This document shows positions 1 through 12,839 of a stretch of 64,000 bases of DNA, piece after piece. Source of the stretch: Dicyema japonicum (taxonomy: Eukaryota; Animalia; Dicyemida); NCBI GenBank assembly GCA_011109175.1, contig RDEW01000064.1, positions 136,653 to 200,652 of the forward strand, read 5' to 3'. The position numbers were made by a program, and so were the translations under genes. Under the pieces are notes generated by a model that was given only the letters and a program-made list of their open reading frames with translations, did not search any database and had not been told where the DNA came from. The first letter of the stretch is position 1, and every line of letters begins with the position of its first letter.

Positions 1-2125
1 TGGCGATGAGTACTTTTCTGTCAACAACTCTTCCCAACATAGTGGCTCCCTTACAGTCTCATTTTCATTGAGGTCAGCTTCCATCACTTCAGGATCGTCC
101 TCACTGTTGTCCGCTTCCTCTTCTTCGTCCGACTTTGGAGACAATTCAGACTCATCTAATCTTCAGTCACCCATTTCAGCTTGCAGTCGGCGAAGTATAT
201 GATTTATCTGTGCAGCATTTTCAGTCGTACTCTTCTTTAGGAGATCATTGAGCCTCTTCTCCATCTCCTATAAACTAATAATCCATCATCTAACGATTTT
301 ACTCCCAGCCTTCCGGATTCTTTGGTCAGAGAGAAGCGTATATAGGGTTCCGTGTATGTAAGGTTTGATCTGCATATTTAGCTCAGTCAACCTCAGAGTT
401 GGGACTTTCCAGTAATCTCAGAAGCACAGACAGGTATTTCTGAGCGTAGGAAACACAGACCTGTCGTCCAGAGTTTAAGATACAAAGATTCATTAGCAGA
501 GCTAGTCCATACTCCAAGGAATAGTCCGAGAGACTCTCTGAATCTTCCAACCGATCCATGATCCACTGAATGAGATTCAATTTGATCATTTCTGTTTGAA
601 ATTGCCGACTGACAGCTCACACTGAAATCTACCGCAGTGTCAGTTTTTGGATGGCTCCCACCAACTGCTGCCTAGTTGGACTGTCTCCGGGTTCTTTTTT
701 CATAGCGGATATCATCGATTCCAACAAACTTGGAGAAAGAGTTATTTACTCCCGTCCACGTGCCAGTGAGCCCAATGAGTTAATTAAACGTGCAAGATTG
801 TCCAATATGACCTCACTGGAGACACTGAGTGATTCGATGATCGTTTTCTGTCTATCAAATGGAAAGGTACCCCATATTGGTGTAATTTACTGCACCCGAA
901 GATGTCGTTCGATATAAAACTCTGCAGAACCTCTTTCCTGGTACGTCTATCTGATCTTATCAGTCCCCAACGAAGAGCTTGAAGGAGAGGGGGTGTCTTT
1001 TTTTCATCCCCTTCAGCGATCTTCTGGCGAACCTTTTCGAAGTTTAATTTAATAAAGGCGACGATGTTCTTCGGTCTCATGTATATCCCCAGCTACCTTA
1101 CCTTGGTAATATAGCGGGTTTATTAGGTTGTTCCGTGCGATTTGGTCGTAAAGAGGCCCTCCCAGAGACGATTCTGCCGGTGGTCTGATTGCTGAACATC
1201 CTCTTGGCTATTTCGTCGATATTTTCAGGTGTTAGCTTCTGTAATTATAATTTTTGTACCGACTTTCCGTTCACAGTATCCTCCAAAGCATCGATTAATT
1301 CGCTGGCAATATCGATGAGGTTCCTATAGTCCGACTCTAGACTAGTCATTAGCTTGGCTGCTTGGTCTAGTTTCCTTTCAGTCTCCTTCTTTTGTCGAAC
1401 GACCTCATCCACTTTGTGCTCAGACTCCACATTCATCTATTTCCTAATTACTCCCAGCATAACCAATATGTCATAAAGTTGAGGATTCTTCTGTCCGTAA
1501 ATCTTGCTTATAAATTTCTTCAATTTGCCTATTAGACTCTTCTTCCATTCTTCAGTGAAGATGTTTTTGAAGGCTCGATGAGTGGTAGAGTTTTTGATAC
1601 ACACGAAAGCACAGTACGGAAAGAAGTCGTTCGATTGACTCAGTTCTGAGCCTTCTGTCTCCAAAAACTGCTTAAAACTGTTCATTCGATGAAAGTTCTC
1701 GTCATAATCGAACTGGGAGTTAGAATTTGGTTTACGTCGGTGGTCTCTCGGTAGGTGTAGGTGGCGAAGAATATTTCCAGGTAGAACCTCATCTTATCTT
1801 TTGTTTCCTTGTCGTTCTTGGTGGTCAAATGAGAAAAATGTTGATCCCACAGCAAAATGAATTTGCCACGACCCCCGTTTTTTATGAGGTTTAACAACTT
1901 TGACTAAATTGTTGCTAAAATTTACTTGAATTTCTGATGTGATTATTCTTGATTCTGGCATGGCTCTGTTCGTGCTTTCCTGTTCGAACTCCATCCTGAG
2001 ATCCTCATATCCCATAAATTTCAAATACTGCTTTGTAATTATAATATGACCTCGGTTACTAACTGTCGTGCAAGACGGGGGACATCCGGTCGTCCTTTAT
2101 TAGGATTGGGCAAATAATCAGACAT
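1..2125 (-). CDS. ARMC9: LisH/armadillo ciliary protein ARMC9, runs off the window start; 10 resolved micro-introns (21-27 nt); two in-frame stops (possible pseudogene)
   Basis: The spliced translation is colinear with ARMC9: LVTE|YLKFMGYED (LisH), FYLEIFFA, FKQFLETEGSELSQ, DYRNLIDIASELIDALEDTVNGK, LLQALRW, LARLINSLGSL, GAIQKLTLR|RQFQTEMI, SLSDYSLEYGLALLMNLC, E|IKPYIHGTLY, VMEADL. ATG at 2125. Introns at 2028-2050, 1904-1925, 1713-1735, 1437-1463, 1239-1259, 1076-1101, 848-870, 609-632, 370-391, 268-294. In-frame TAA at 746-748 and TGA at 163-165. Confidence 0.9.
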
Positions 2126-2199
2126 ATTTCGTTGTCATAGATTTTATTATTTTGATTTTTAAATTTATTTATTTATTTGGTGCAATGTGGTTAATTTCT

Positions 2200-2580
2200 A
2201 AAAATTTATCTTCCTTCCCTCTTATGGCGTCATTGGGTCCACCTTACAAAGGATACGCCCAACCGATAATTAGCTACGGCTGTAAGGCATGGGGTACAAA
2301 CCTGTCTTATAGGAACCTAAAGAAAATTAATGTCTTTCAAACAACAGTCACGGGAGTCCTCCTTACGGTTGATGCCAATATTTTTCAAGGAACTTGTGAG
2401 AGGAACGGGAGCCCGATCGCTATCTCCGAAATCCAGTAAAGTTTCCCGTAGGTACAGGAAACATGTTGGTTTCGTGACGAACACCGTTGAAGGATGAGTG
2501 GCATACTAAAAGAGGCCGGGATCACTTGAAGGCCACGTATCTTTTTGACATGTCGGTGATTTTAGGTTTTAAATAAATAA
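2200..2580 (+). mobile_element. 3' remnant of an I/Jockey-group non-LTR retrotransposon with terminal stem-loop
   Basis: RT C-terminal motif QPIISYGCKAW; reading ends AGIT*; stem GGGATCAC/GTGATTTT (2518-2563), then an AAATAAATAA tail. Confidence 0.55.
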
Positions 2581-2599
2581 TAATTTCGGATGTGGCATA

Positions 2600-2890
2600 T
2601 TGGGACCATTCATCTACCGGAAAAATTCATTGAAGATCGAAGCTAGCCAAAAAAGGGCTTCTAAAATTACAAAAAGATTGAATTCTGGAAAGTCCTGTCT
2701 CGAAAGCCTCTCGAATCCTTAATACGCAAGAACTGGGGAACGTGCCGTTGCGACTACGAGGATCCAGTTATACGGGCGATACGTGTTTGTGTGGGGTAGA
2801 GGGAGGAACATCGAGCCAAGTTGAGGTCTTCTCTGAGCGTGCTGAGATCACGTGATTAGTTGATTTTTGTCAACGTGGTCTTTGGTATTT
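2600..2890 (+). mobile_element. 3' remnant of the same LINE group
   Basis: Homologous to 19575-19820 (GAGCATCGAGCCAAG, GAGCGTGCTG); ends EIT*; stem GAGATCACGT/ACGTGGTCTT (2844-2882). Confidence 0.55.
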
Positions 2891-3419
2891 TTTCATTTTT
2901 ACCGAAAAGAGGTTCAAAGTTAAGTGACGTCTAATATTTGTTGCCTCAAGATCACTGGGATCAAAGAGAATGTGTCACAACTAACGATCTAATTCCTATG
3001 AGTGAGACGCATCCTTTTCAAGTACCACGTCCATCCATTACCGTTATTGTGGGAACCTCTCAAGTAGAAAAAAGGATAGATCCCTTTTTGGATGCTCGAC
3101 AAGCACTGGTATCATGATGCAGGTTGATAAGATCACGCCTTTTAAGAGCGGAAGTGAAATTCGTCTAATTTCACATTTTTGAAATAACTATATGGCTGAT
3201 TTAACAAAACATTTAAAATAATTATCAATTTACTCAGAATCCTCCAATTTTTGAATAAAATCATATAAAACTTTTATTTAATGCAAAAAACTAAAAGTTA
3301 ACAACTATTGACTACTTTAACAATTGAGAACGCATTCCCCCTGACGGTTTGAAAGAAATGCGCTAATGAGTCAGCTTCTTTCTCTCCCATCATTTTTTCT
3401 CTTCACGACGATTGATTCT

Positions 3420-3640
3420 ATTTAGGAGGGTCAGTTACCTGCTTCCTATAATTCCTGAAGTTTCCATGGCGACCGGTTCAAAAATGATTTGTCCACCGAG
3501 ACATTCATATTTCTTCCTTTTTTGGGTTAGTCTTTTCTGAAGCAGAACCTGTGTTAGTTCCAGTCATAATAAGGTTGGAGTGAGAGAAGATATCCACACA
3601 GGTGGCGTCTCAGGAGAGGTATCTACCACTTTCCCACGGA
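3420..3640 (-). mobile_element. CRE-like (RT-RLE) retrotransposon endonuclease fragment
   Basis: Minus-strand DATCVD...F.PVAMET-like motifs, matching the other CRE 3' fragments such as 46400-46740. Confidence 0.6.
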
Positions 3641-4659
3641 GATTTGTTTCGTCAAATCTTTCCGAGAGGCTCCAACTGGACAGGGAATCCGGCCGCTTCT
3701 AGTCCCTACGCAATAACTCGGTTGATTCCACTGTGTCTTGAACTCCTTCCAGCACTCATCCGGAAGAAGAGAGTGTGAAGACCTTTCCTGTCGACCATTC
3801 TTCCACATCTACAGCAATGGATCACGCAAAAATCCATTCAGAGGTGGACAGAAATCCCAATCCTCGTGAAGTCGTTATCTAATAGTGTCTTAAGTGAGGT
3901 GCATAGTAGTGCTCTGAGCCATCCACTTTCGTTCGTCGATGCACAAGCCAACGATGATTTTCAAGTCCAGTTTTATTTCCTCAATGATCTTTGAGCTCCC
4001 AGTCTCGTTTTTTATTAGCGTTCCTGGGAATCTCACACGCAGTCGTGTCCAGACTGGTTCAGTGTCCGATCCGTTAATGTAGCGTAGAATCTGGAGTATG
4101 AGACCGCTGGAAGTATATGTCGAAGATAGAAAGTCGGGAGGTTGATTTCTAGTGGATTCCCCGTAGCATTGGATTCAGGCAGTTTTGTCAAAAAAAATGT
4201 TAAGTGTTTCTTCAACGGAAGTCCTCAGCTTCTCGTCACTGAGTCTTAAAAAGTCCATTTCAGTGAAACCCGATACTGTCCGTAGAAGAAAAAGGAATCG
4301 TGGAGTAAGGTTAAAATTCCTGAGGACGAATAAAGACGTGTGGGAGTCCAGAATTTCTAAATTGTATTTACTCTCCCAGTAGAGTTATATTCGTATTAGT
4401 TAGTACTCCACTTTGCATGTCTGAAACAGTCTATAAATGTCAAGTCCTAGATTTTCCACTATTGGTATTTGTACGAGATCTTTTAAATTGATTTATTTAT
4501 ATGCTACATGGGGATCCTTTCCGGCCTCAATTTTTTTGAATAATATCGACAAACTTCATGTTGTTGACTTTATACTTAAAATAATCCGGTATTCGCAGGC
4601 AAAAATGACTTCCATCTGCTTTAATTCTACACAGGTGTAAGAAAGAAAGGTTAAACCCG

Positions 4660-4960
4660 CTAATTAGGTGATCCCAGTCTCCAATAACGCCCAAAAATCT
4701 ACTTGAATGTTCCGCTAGTTACCCAATTGCCCTCCGGAAGTGCCTTCTTTTATGTCTGCAGAGGAATTCCATCGAGTGCTCTTCTTTATGGTTGATCGGA
4801 TTCCTTTGCATGGGTCACCCTTTCTCTGAATGGGTTTCCAAGTTCCTTGCAGAAGCGTAGGAACTCCTGGCCATTTTTCAGAGTCGACTCTTCGGAAAAG
4901 ATACTGGTGAAGAATAAGGTGTGTTGGAACGTCTTCCTTAGTCATATTTGTCTTCTGTTA
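4660..4960 (-). mobile_element. LINE 3' remnant (ETGIT* family)
   Basis: ORF-like C-terminus ending GAGACTGGGATCACCTAA, as in the other stem-loop family members. Confidence 0.5.
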
Positions 4961-5009
4961 AATAAATTTTTTTTTCCAAATTTTATGGTTTTATTATAAA
5001 ATGAATAAA

Positions 5010-5240
5010 AATTAAATTAAGGCATCTGAATGGCCATGCTATTGCCCCTAACAATAGCCAACGAGATACGTTCTCGGAACCAACCAGTCCCTCGCGGATC
5101 CTTGGTCATAGCTTGAATCATGGAGCCGATCTTACGAACCAACTCATCTGCTTGGGGGCCAAGGATTCCTGGCGTTTCCACCGCGAATGGAACAAAAAGA
5201 TACTCCACCGAAATTCTCTAGTACTTCCTCCTCTTTCGTT
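5010..5240 (-). mobile_element. CRE-like retrotransposon 3' end
   Basis: FVPFAVETPG...FRERISLAIVRGNSMAIQMP*; near-identical to 26345-26640 and 42110-42182. Confidence 0.75.
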
Positions 5241-5241
5241 C

Positions 5242-5430
5242 AAAGATCACCGTTAAACCAAAAAAAACTAAATGATCCCAAAAAATTTAATCCAGGGTCT
5301 CAGCTTGGCTCGATGTTACTCTCTTGATCCTACACAAGCTCGTTGGGGTTAAGTGGTTTCCTGATCACATTATTTCCTCGGATTAGGATATCCAAGGGTG
5401 TTAGTATCATATTCCTTTTGTCCGTAGGCC
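5242..5430 (-). mobile_element. LINE 3' remnant (GII* variant) with stem-loop
   Basis: Shares ACATCGAGCCAAG with 2600-2890; stem GGGATCATT/GGTGATCTT (5242-5279). Confidence 0.55.
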
Positions 5431-5496
5431 GTAATTTGGATTTTACTTATTTTTTTTTTATTGGGGTTTTCATAAACAGTTAAGAAATAACTTATT

Positions 5497-5790
5497 TATT
5501 ATTAACCACGGATACACAGAGAAAGAAGTTAAAGTAAACGACTAATTAAGTGTATCCAGTTTTCACTTCTACAGAGTCCATCCGGAATCAACATAAAAGG
5601 TAAGACATCCGTTACATGCAGTTGTGGAAACCCCTCCAGTGGAGTGGGGAAGAGCAAATGATCCTTTTTCGTGCCGGCCTGGCACTGGACGTCACCTAGA
5701 CAGGTGGATCACATGACGCCACTCTAATGGTAAGAAAGAGGAGGAAAAGACAAGCAAGCAGAAACTTCAATCAATAAACCACGCAGCACC
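5497..5790 (-). mobile_element. LINE 3' remnant (ETGYT* subfamily) with stem-loop
   Basis: Homologous to 37310-37710 and partly to 23150-23220; stem GGATACAC/GTGTATCC (5510-5557), tail GTGGTTAATAATAAAT. Confidence 0.55.
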
Positions 5791-5919
5791 ACATGGCTCC
5801 ACGCGGCTAATTTATAAGAAATAACTTAAATATGTTTAATAAAATTTCAAAATAAAATAAATCTTTTATTTAAATAATTTAACTTGTGTAAACTAGTTCT
5901 CAAGAAAGAATATTTTCAA

Positions 5920-6420
5920 ATCGGTTCTGACACCTGGAGGAGCTGCTTCGAACCTAAAAATCAAGAAATATTCTTGTCTCGGTGATCGCTACCGATTTAC
6001 TCTTGTTGCGACCGAATCATCGGGAGCCGTTGGTTTAATGAAGGCTGAGTTCTTGTGAGAACTCGGAGGATTGCNAATCTTTTATTTAAAAAATTTAACT
6101 TGTGTAAACTAGTTCTCAAGAAAGAATATTTTCAAATCGGTTCTGACACCTGGAGCAGCTGCTTCGACTGCGGAGAACCTAAAAATCAAGAAATATTCTT
6201 GTCTCGGTGATCGCTACCGATTTACTCTTGTTGCGACCGAATCATCGGGAGCCGTTTGTCCAATGAAGGTTGAGTTCTTGTGAGAACTCGGAGGATTGCT
6301 TGCCAAAAAGAAAAGGGATCAACGAGAAGGGTTATGACTAAGACAAAAGATTGAAATGGCCATACTCTGAGGGAACTTGTTCGCAATCCACGCAGCAGGC
6401 TTCCTTAACTGACATTTGTT
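5920..6420 (+). mobile_element. CRE-like 3' fragment, duplicated across a single N (6075)
   Basis: PGAAASTAENLKIKKYSCLGDRYRFTLVATESSG...RQKIEMAIL*GN, the RLE-domain tail. Confidence 0.65.
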
Positions 6421-6489
6421 TAATTGTTAAAAAAAATATTTTTTAATTCGAAAATGTGGCACAAAATATGTCACATTCTGATAAATTAT

Positions 6490-7000
6490 TATTAACCCAA
6501 GAACACTAATAGTTAATAAGTGATCTCGAAGGCCTCAATCAGAATTCTCATTTTCTCCTCGTGCGCCTTCTGGGATCCAACACAACTTTTTTGTGGGCAA
6601 GTGGTTTCGGGAATAGGAATTGGAGAGGGGTGATGTATACGCTTTCATAAGACACCTCGTGGCTGTGTTTTGTTGAGAGTTGCACTGCCTGCACAGCAAA
6701 TCCTACTCTTCAAGTGATGAGGGTATTAGTTTTTCTAGTTTCCCGAGATTACTAATGGTATTGGCTGTTAAGGCCTGATTTTCCCTGATTCTTTGTTTGT
6801 TCGTATTAGGACAGATTGATTCCCATAAAGTACAGGCATAGCTGACAGATGGCTCAATGAATTGTTTGTACAACATCCTCAAAGCTGGGAAATGGGTTTT
6901 GATGCCACCGAAAATAGTTTTGATTATTCCTAGCTTTCTTGAGCAGCTCCCAGAGACGCCGTCGACGTGAGATGAAAAGGACATGTGTGTGTGTCGAAGG
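6490..7000 (-). mobile_element. I/Jockey-group LINE 3' portion
   Basis: HVDGVSGSCSRKLGIIK...LYKQFIEPSVSYACTLW (RT C-terminal region); ends EIT with stem GAGATCACT/AGTGTTCTT and a GGGTTAATAAT tail. Confidence 0.7.
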
Positions 7001-7272
7001 TGATCCCCTAGATTTTCAGTTTCTTTGTGAAAAATATTTTTGTTTGGTTGATAAATATATTTCCTGTCATTTGTCCAAGTCGTTTGCCTGAGGTAAATAA
7101 AGATGAAGAAGATTTTTTAGTAGATATATCAAGTCGGTTGTAATTTAGTCAAATTTGAATCTTCGAAATGATGCAGGATTGTTTTTAGGCTTGCCAGGCT
7201 TAAGGATTGGGGTATATAGGACAGTTCAAGAAATTTGGAATTTTTTTTTTACTATTTATTAAACAATAGAAG

Positions 7273-8700
7273 TCAGGTAGTTGCCGCCCTCACTGTGTGT
7301 CTGTTCCCTCTCAAAATTGCGAGCGAAATTCGCTCAAATAGCCAGCGGCGTTCACGGAGATCTCCAGTGCATGAGGTGATCCGGTTTCCAAGACGTCCGA
7401 AAAACTCGAGTGTAGAGAAGGAGTAGGATCCGGAAGTCTCCATAGTAAAGGGAACAAATTTGACATCATCGGGAAGGTCGACGTATTTAACGAGTTTGGC
7501 CTTCTCCGCCTTTACGGATGCTGAACAGGCCCTTGTAGCACTCTCGTGAAGATTTTTCTGGGCGAACGTGTCTGTACATGTCACATCCCAAACCAGTGGT
7601 TTCCCGGCCTCAAATGGAAATATGGTCATCCCGTCCGGTCGTTTCCCGTCACTTCTGCATAACCCGACCGGTTCAAGAATGGCCGAGTATCCAGCAGCAT
7701 CCATAGCTCGCCTGACAATTTCATTCAGAGCCTTGTGCCTTGGGGATCTGCCAGCGCTCCTCCTGCAGGCGAGAGGGTGCAGGCCATAGCAGTCTATCAG
7801 GATGCCACATCGGCACGGGTGAGGTACACATACTTTTAGTCCCAGCCGCAGAGAGATACCAGTTCTAACGCATTCATCATCCAGAAAAGTGCCCAAAGCT
7901 CCATTGGGGATGGCGTTTAGCCAAGCTCCGCTCTCAGGGGAAGCCCCCGAAAGCAAACAAGCGCGTCGGTGCTGATTGGCAGATTCTAGTAGGAGTCCAA
8001 ATGATTTCCAGCATAATAAGTTGTCCAGGTTTCGCTGGCGATCTTGGGAAGGAGGCAGGGGGAGGTTGGTGGCATTCCAGGCTTCTCGTGCGTGGATTAT
8101 CTCTTGGTCAGTTGAGAATTCGGGTGGGGAGTGTAGAATCCTCCTGACCAAAGGTTCGCAGGCCGTGAGTGATGATAGATGAGCGGGAAGTGAGACGTCC
8201 AAAGTTCGACGGATTCCAAGACCCCCGAATCTAACTGGGAGTGTAGCCTGCATCCATGTATCATCGTCGAATCGGACATTAAATATTTGCTCCGTCGAGC
8301 TGAGGAGAGACAAATCAAAATTCTCGAGCAGCTCCAGTTGAGAATAATATGGAGCTGTCCTTAGTAGATAGGAGATTCTCTGGATGTTGAGACTTCTTTT
8401 CAATAGGAATAGTGCTGTGTGCAAGTCCAGCAGCTGTAATCTTTCCAGCGAATCGCATAGGAGTCGTTTTTTTCAAGGAGGACATGCTTCATCGCATTAC
8501 TAGTGATCGGGGATCCAAGAAAGATCAATTCATTTTCAGGGGTCGAAATCCCACCGGGAAACAAGGAGTAAAATTTTTGAACAATTGGAGAGAAGTCATC
8601 GTCAGCAAGACCACAGTTTGTTATTTCACATTTCGATATATTCAACTGAAGACCCACCTCGGACAGCGCGGGGAAGTGTATTCATGTTTATTGAATAGTT
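7273..8700 (-). mobile_element. CRE-clade non-LTR retrotransposon: RT C-terminus plus restriction-like endonuclease (largest copy in the window)
   Basis: The 383-aa ORF has ATLPVRFGGLG, SGAWLNAIP, the CRCG...HPLAC...RH zinc knuckle, KRPDG, LVWDVTC, KLVKY, FVPFTMETSG and ISLAILRGN. Upstream is GLQLNISKCE...FLGSPI. Confidence 0.9.
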
Positions 8701-9199
8701 GAAAATCACTGTGATTGCATTAATCGCAATAGGTCCAAGGTGTTTTTGTAAAATACAAAGGATAGAATCAGGCCCACATGAGAGGGAAGAATTCTTCGAC
8801 TTCAAACCCTCTGAATGGGGATAAAGTTAATCAGCTGTGTTCTTTTCGCTCTTATTAGATATAAAGAAAGCCCATCCGTTTTCCTGAAAGGTTTGTGGCT
8901 TATACTGGCGTAATATTTGATGAGCTTGCTAAAACTGTGTTAATCAATCTGTTCTCTTTTAAAATTTCCTTTTGGGCCAAATTGTTTAATTTTTCTCCAT
9001 ATCTGATAAACCGCTAGTCTGATAAATCGTCACTTACAAAATACAACTAAATTGTCTAAAATTAAAAATCTACACATTAATAAATAATAATATACATCTC
9101 CAGCTATTAGTTATCTTAAAAACGAGCTTTTTTTGTCCCTCAGATAACCAACATTTCCATCAAAAAAACGTAAATACTGTATTACCATATTTGCCAGTG

Positions 9200-10100
9200 A
9201 CCCCCCTACTATTTACTTTGTAACGCTGTGATATTACGCGCCGAGAGAGAATAGAAACAATGAACACCCTTGTGATTTATTTTTAGTTAAGAAACAACAA
9301 ATTAGAATTAGCTTAGTACCGTCGGCTAAGCAGGAAAAAACAACAGTGAATCTAGACTTTTTATGGTCTGTTGTTCTCACGAGAACAGTTTTTTTACCTT
9401 TGGAAGATAGTTTTCGATGTAGGCTTATCAAACCATATTCCAATTTACGATAACTCATTTTTTTTCTCATTTTGATTACGATGGATTGAAAGAGTTATCT
9501 TTTCCTCTAAATCTTCAGGCAGTTTCTGAACATCAACTTATAGTTCTCTGTCGTATCACAAGGTCATTTCTCTTTAAAAATCGTGAACATCAACTTATAG
9601 TTCCTTTGAAATCGGTAATCTTTCTTTGTTCGGCACAAGCCAAACCTCGCAGACGAATCATATTTCTTGTGACGACTAACCCACACTTTCTTCGACCCAG
9701 CATACAAGTTCTTGTTCAAGTGCTGGTTACTGGCAGCGTTTCCTCTATTAGCAAATTTGTTTCATCACTGATAGCTGTGTTGCATTGCGTTTCCAATCTC
9801 TTACTAGTTTCTCATTTACGCCAAACTTTCTTGAGGCACTACAGTTGTTACCTTCTTCGGCAAGGTTTACAACTTGCAGTTTGAACTTGGCAGAGAATTT
9901 CATGATTGAATGTTTACCATTCACTTCAATAATTAGATTGATCTTTGCAAGAATTTTTTGTGAAGAGTGTAGTAATCACATCACATTAAAGCGATGAATA
10001 CGAAGTTGAATTTCATGACTCGGTGTATAAGTCAAGGTCGATTTTTTAGGTTGATTTGTGATCAAAAAAGGTCGAATTATACACCGACACATTTTTTATG
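9200..10100 (-). mobile_element. pogo/Tigger-like DNA transposon remnant (Brinker/CENP-B HTH plus DDE_1)
   Basis: KFKLQVVNLAEEGNNCSASRKFGVNEKLVRDWKR (HTH); KGKKTVLVRTTDHKKSRFTVVFSCLADGTKL (DDE_1); subterminal inverted pair TCGGTGTATAA...TTATACACCGA at about 10020-10087. Confidence 0.75.
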
Positions 10101-10599
10101 GAGCGACATTCACATCATGGAGCACACATATTATACCCAAGAGACTGGACACGACATGTGGTTATGCCAGTGGACGCAACTATGGACTTATCTGCTCTTC
10201 TTGCAGCGACTTTTTCCACCTTGATGCATAAAAATGCCTCAGCGGGATGCATGCTCGCTCTGCTTGTGGAACTGCAGTGTCTGCATGGGTACTGGTCGGA
10301 AAACTTAGACGATCATTCCAAACGAGCCCGTCGAACCGAATGAGCCTCTGGGCCTAAATGATATGGACAACCTCTTGCTCTTCTTGTCGGATCTAAGGAA
10401 AGCCAGGAAGATTCCAATCAGGATCCCAAGTAGGGGTGATAAAGTTAATATTTTATATTAAAATTAAACAAATTCTGTTTTTTCATTATTTTTAAACGTA
10501 CTCCCTTTATTATTATTGTTAAATTTTTTTAATTTTATTTTTTTAATTATTTCAATAAATTATTATTTTACTATTAAATAAATATTAAACATCATGTGG

Positions 10600-11520
10600 T
10601 TTACACGTTTTTGGATGCCACTTATTTCTAAGTCTTCTCTGATTAAATTAGCATTAATTGTTAACGACTTTCCAAGAGAATTTCAATTACAAAATAACCA
10701 TGAGTTATGTAAACTATGTTTAACGACAATGAAGTACTTTGTTAACTTTCACAGGTTGTCAAGGAAACATAAAAATTCCGTTGGTAAGGATTTTTTGATG
10801 ATATAGATAGATCGCATGACAACATTTAGCCAACAAAAATTAAATAAATCTAAAATTGAAAACTTGGATTTGAAGGTGACAAGGTTCTTCTGAAATGTGA
10901 CATTCCGCTTAACAAATCATCAATGCCTTTGTTCATTGATCTTTTCAAATGCAACCAAATTTCCCTTCCTTTGCAATCGCAAGCAAGGAACTGTGCCAAA
11001 TATTTTACAAATGAATACATAGCTTCATTAGGGGCATATTTAAGTATTTCATCGAATTTTATTTTCTAGAGAACAAAAAAAATTTGCGATAACCGATGAA
11101 ACTCAAATTATTTTACATAATTGTTCAATGGAGGTCAGGAAATCTTATCCAGAAGTAGATGATGTGATAGCTTCCGAAATTGGAATTCCTTCCAAAGTCG
11201 TATTGACGAGATGGGTACCTGCTTGAAGGCTACATTTTTTATTCAAAAATTTTAATCCCAGTAATTAACATTTTTGAGTTAATTGAGGATGAAGGCATTT
11301 TAGTAACTTGAATGCATTGAAAAGTGAAAAAATAGAACAGAGCTTATGAGCATAACTATTCACATATTCCAGGTTGTTCATATATAGTAATTAATCACAA
11401 AAAAATATTACAATTTGGAAATAACGAGTCCACAATATAGTACGCATATTCGACGCTTAGTGCAATAGATTTTGGGAAAGATGAAACAGGGGTTAAAAAA
11501 AACAATATTTGGAGAAGAGA
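10600..11520 (+). mobile_element. Degenerate hAT-like transposase remnant
   Basis: Frameshifted VLTRW-GTCL motif near 11200, related to the IITRWGSFLE motif at 27107-27379. Confidence 0.4.
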
Positions 11521-11779
11521 ATTTTGGAAAGTGACCTAACTAAAATTATTAATATGGAATGTAATAATGTCTCTCCTGAAGATTATTCGTTCCTTCTGAA
11601 TTGTCAGCCATCCTCGGCAACTGTCGAATGATGTTTTTCGCAATTCAAGAGTTTTTTGAAGACAAACAGAGATTTTTTGTACACGAAATCTGGAAGATAA
11701 TGTAATGTCCATTTTCAATAAATAGTCTTTAAAACAACATTTGTTAATTTTTTTAATTTTAAGGTTAAAAAATGTTTGC

Positions 11780-12345
11780 GCTAATCCCAAGAACTATCCA
11801 GATCCCCGCGGCTACATGCCTGGTCTCTGCAATTGACGACGCTCTCACGTCCGACGAACAAGAGGCCTGGCTAAAACTCCTCAGTCGGTATAAGGAACGA
11901 ATACAAGGTGTTTTTTGGACAGAAAGACGAACAAAATACACACATTGGGGTCAAGTTGGACATCTGCAATGCCTTCAATTCACTGCGAAGGGATCAAATT
12001 TTAGAAATTACAAGCAAACGAGCCCCGGAACTTATTCCACTCGTCTACCTCGCTTACTGAACCAATTCTTCACTGGTTTTTTATTTTATTGAACCAAAAA
12101 AACTACCGTCATATTCAAAATAACAAAATCCAGATGATCCCAGCCTCCCTCAACAGTCTCCACATCTTTTCTCAGTGTTCCGACTGCGTTCCTTCGCATT
12201 TCCGATATGGACGGGGTCCGCATACTCATTTTCGGGGACAAGATTATCTGTTTGGAGACTGGAGTCCAACAAGGGGACCCAATTGGTTCACGATGAAATT
12301 GTCCGCTCTATCAACAAAGAACTAAACCTCTGGCATCTTGATGAC
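11780..12345 (+). mobile_element. CRE-like RT fragment
   Basis: VQQGDP...EIVRSINKELNLWHLDDA (RT motifs 4-5 of the CRE type), frameshifted. Confidence 0.6.
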
Positions 12346-12839
12346 GCTGTGTACATATTTGTATGAGTACATATATGACGCTGTGTACATGTAGTAACAC
12401 AGTCATTCCTGAGTATAAAAGTTTATTTTTTTAATTTCATAGAAAATGAGAGATCGGATGATGTTTTTCCAAGAACATCATAAGATTTTTATGTGGAACA
12501 TATTTCGAATGTTTCAGGTATTTATTGTATAAAGTCTGCTAGAAAACTTAGATTCAAAACATTTTGATCTTAATTTTTCTCAGCAAATCTAAATTCATCC
12601 TATTTTAAGCGGATGAACAAAAAAATGAACGTTCATTTAACAAAGTATGATATTTGTATTGGAAGTGAGGTATTTTTAGTGAATATATTTAGATACGAGT
12701 TTTAAAGGATTATGGGACAAATTGAAGCTCCATATGAAGAGCCAAGTAAAATTACTCAAATTTTGTCAAAAAACCGAATAGAGGTTTATTTACGTTTTTA
12801 TCACAGATTAAGGCAGGATCAGGAGAATTTAAAATAGTC

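Noticed and set aside
651-917. Plus-strand ORF over ARMC9, and similar short antisense ORFs over CRE, RPC2 and NOP53
   Set aside because: These are shadow frames of genes or elements on the opposite strand, with no independent motif support.
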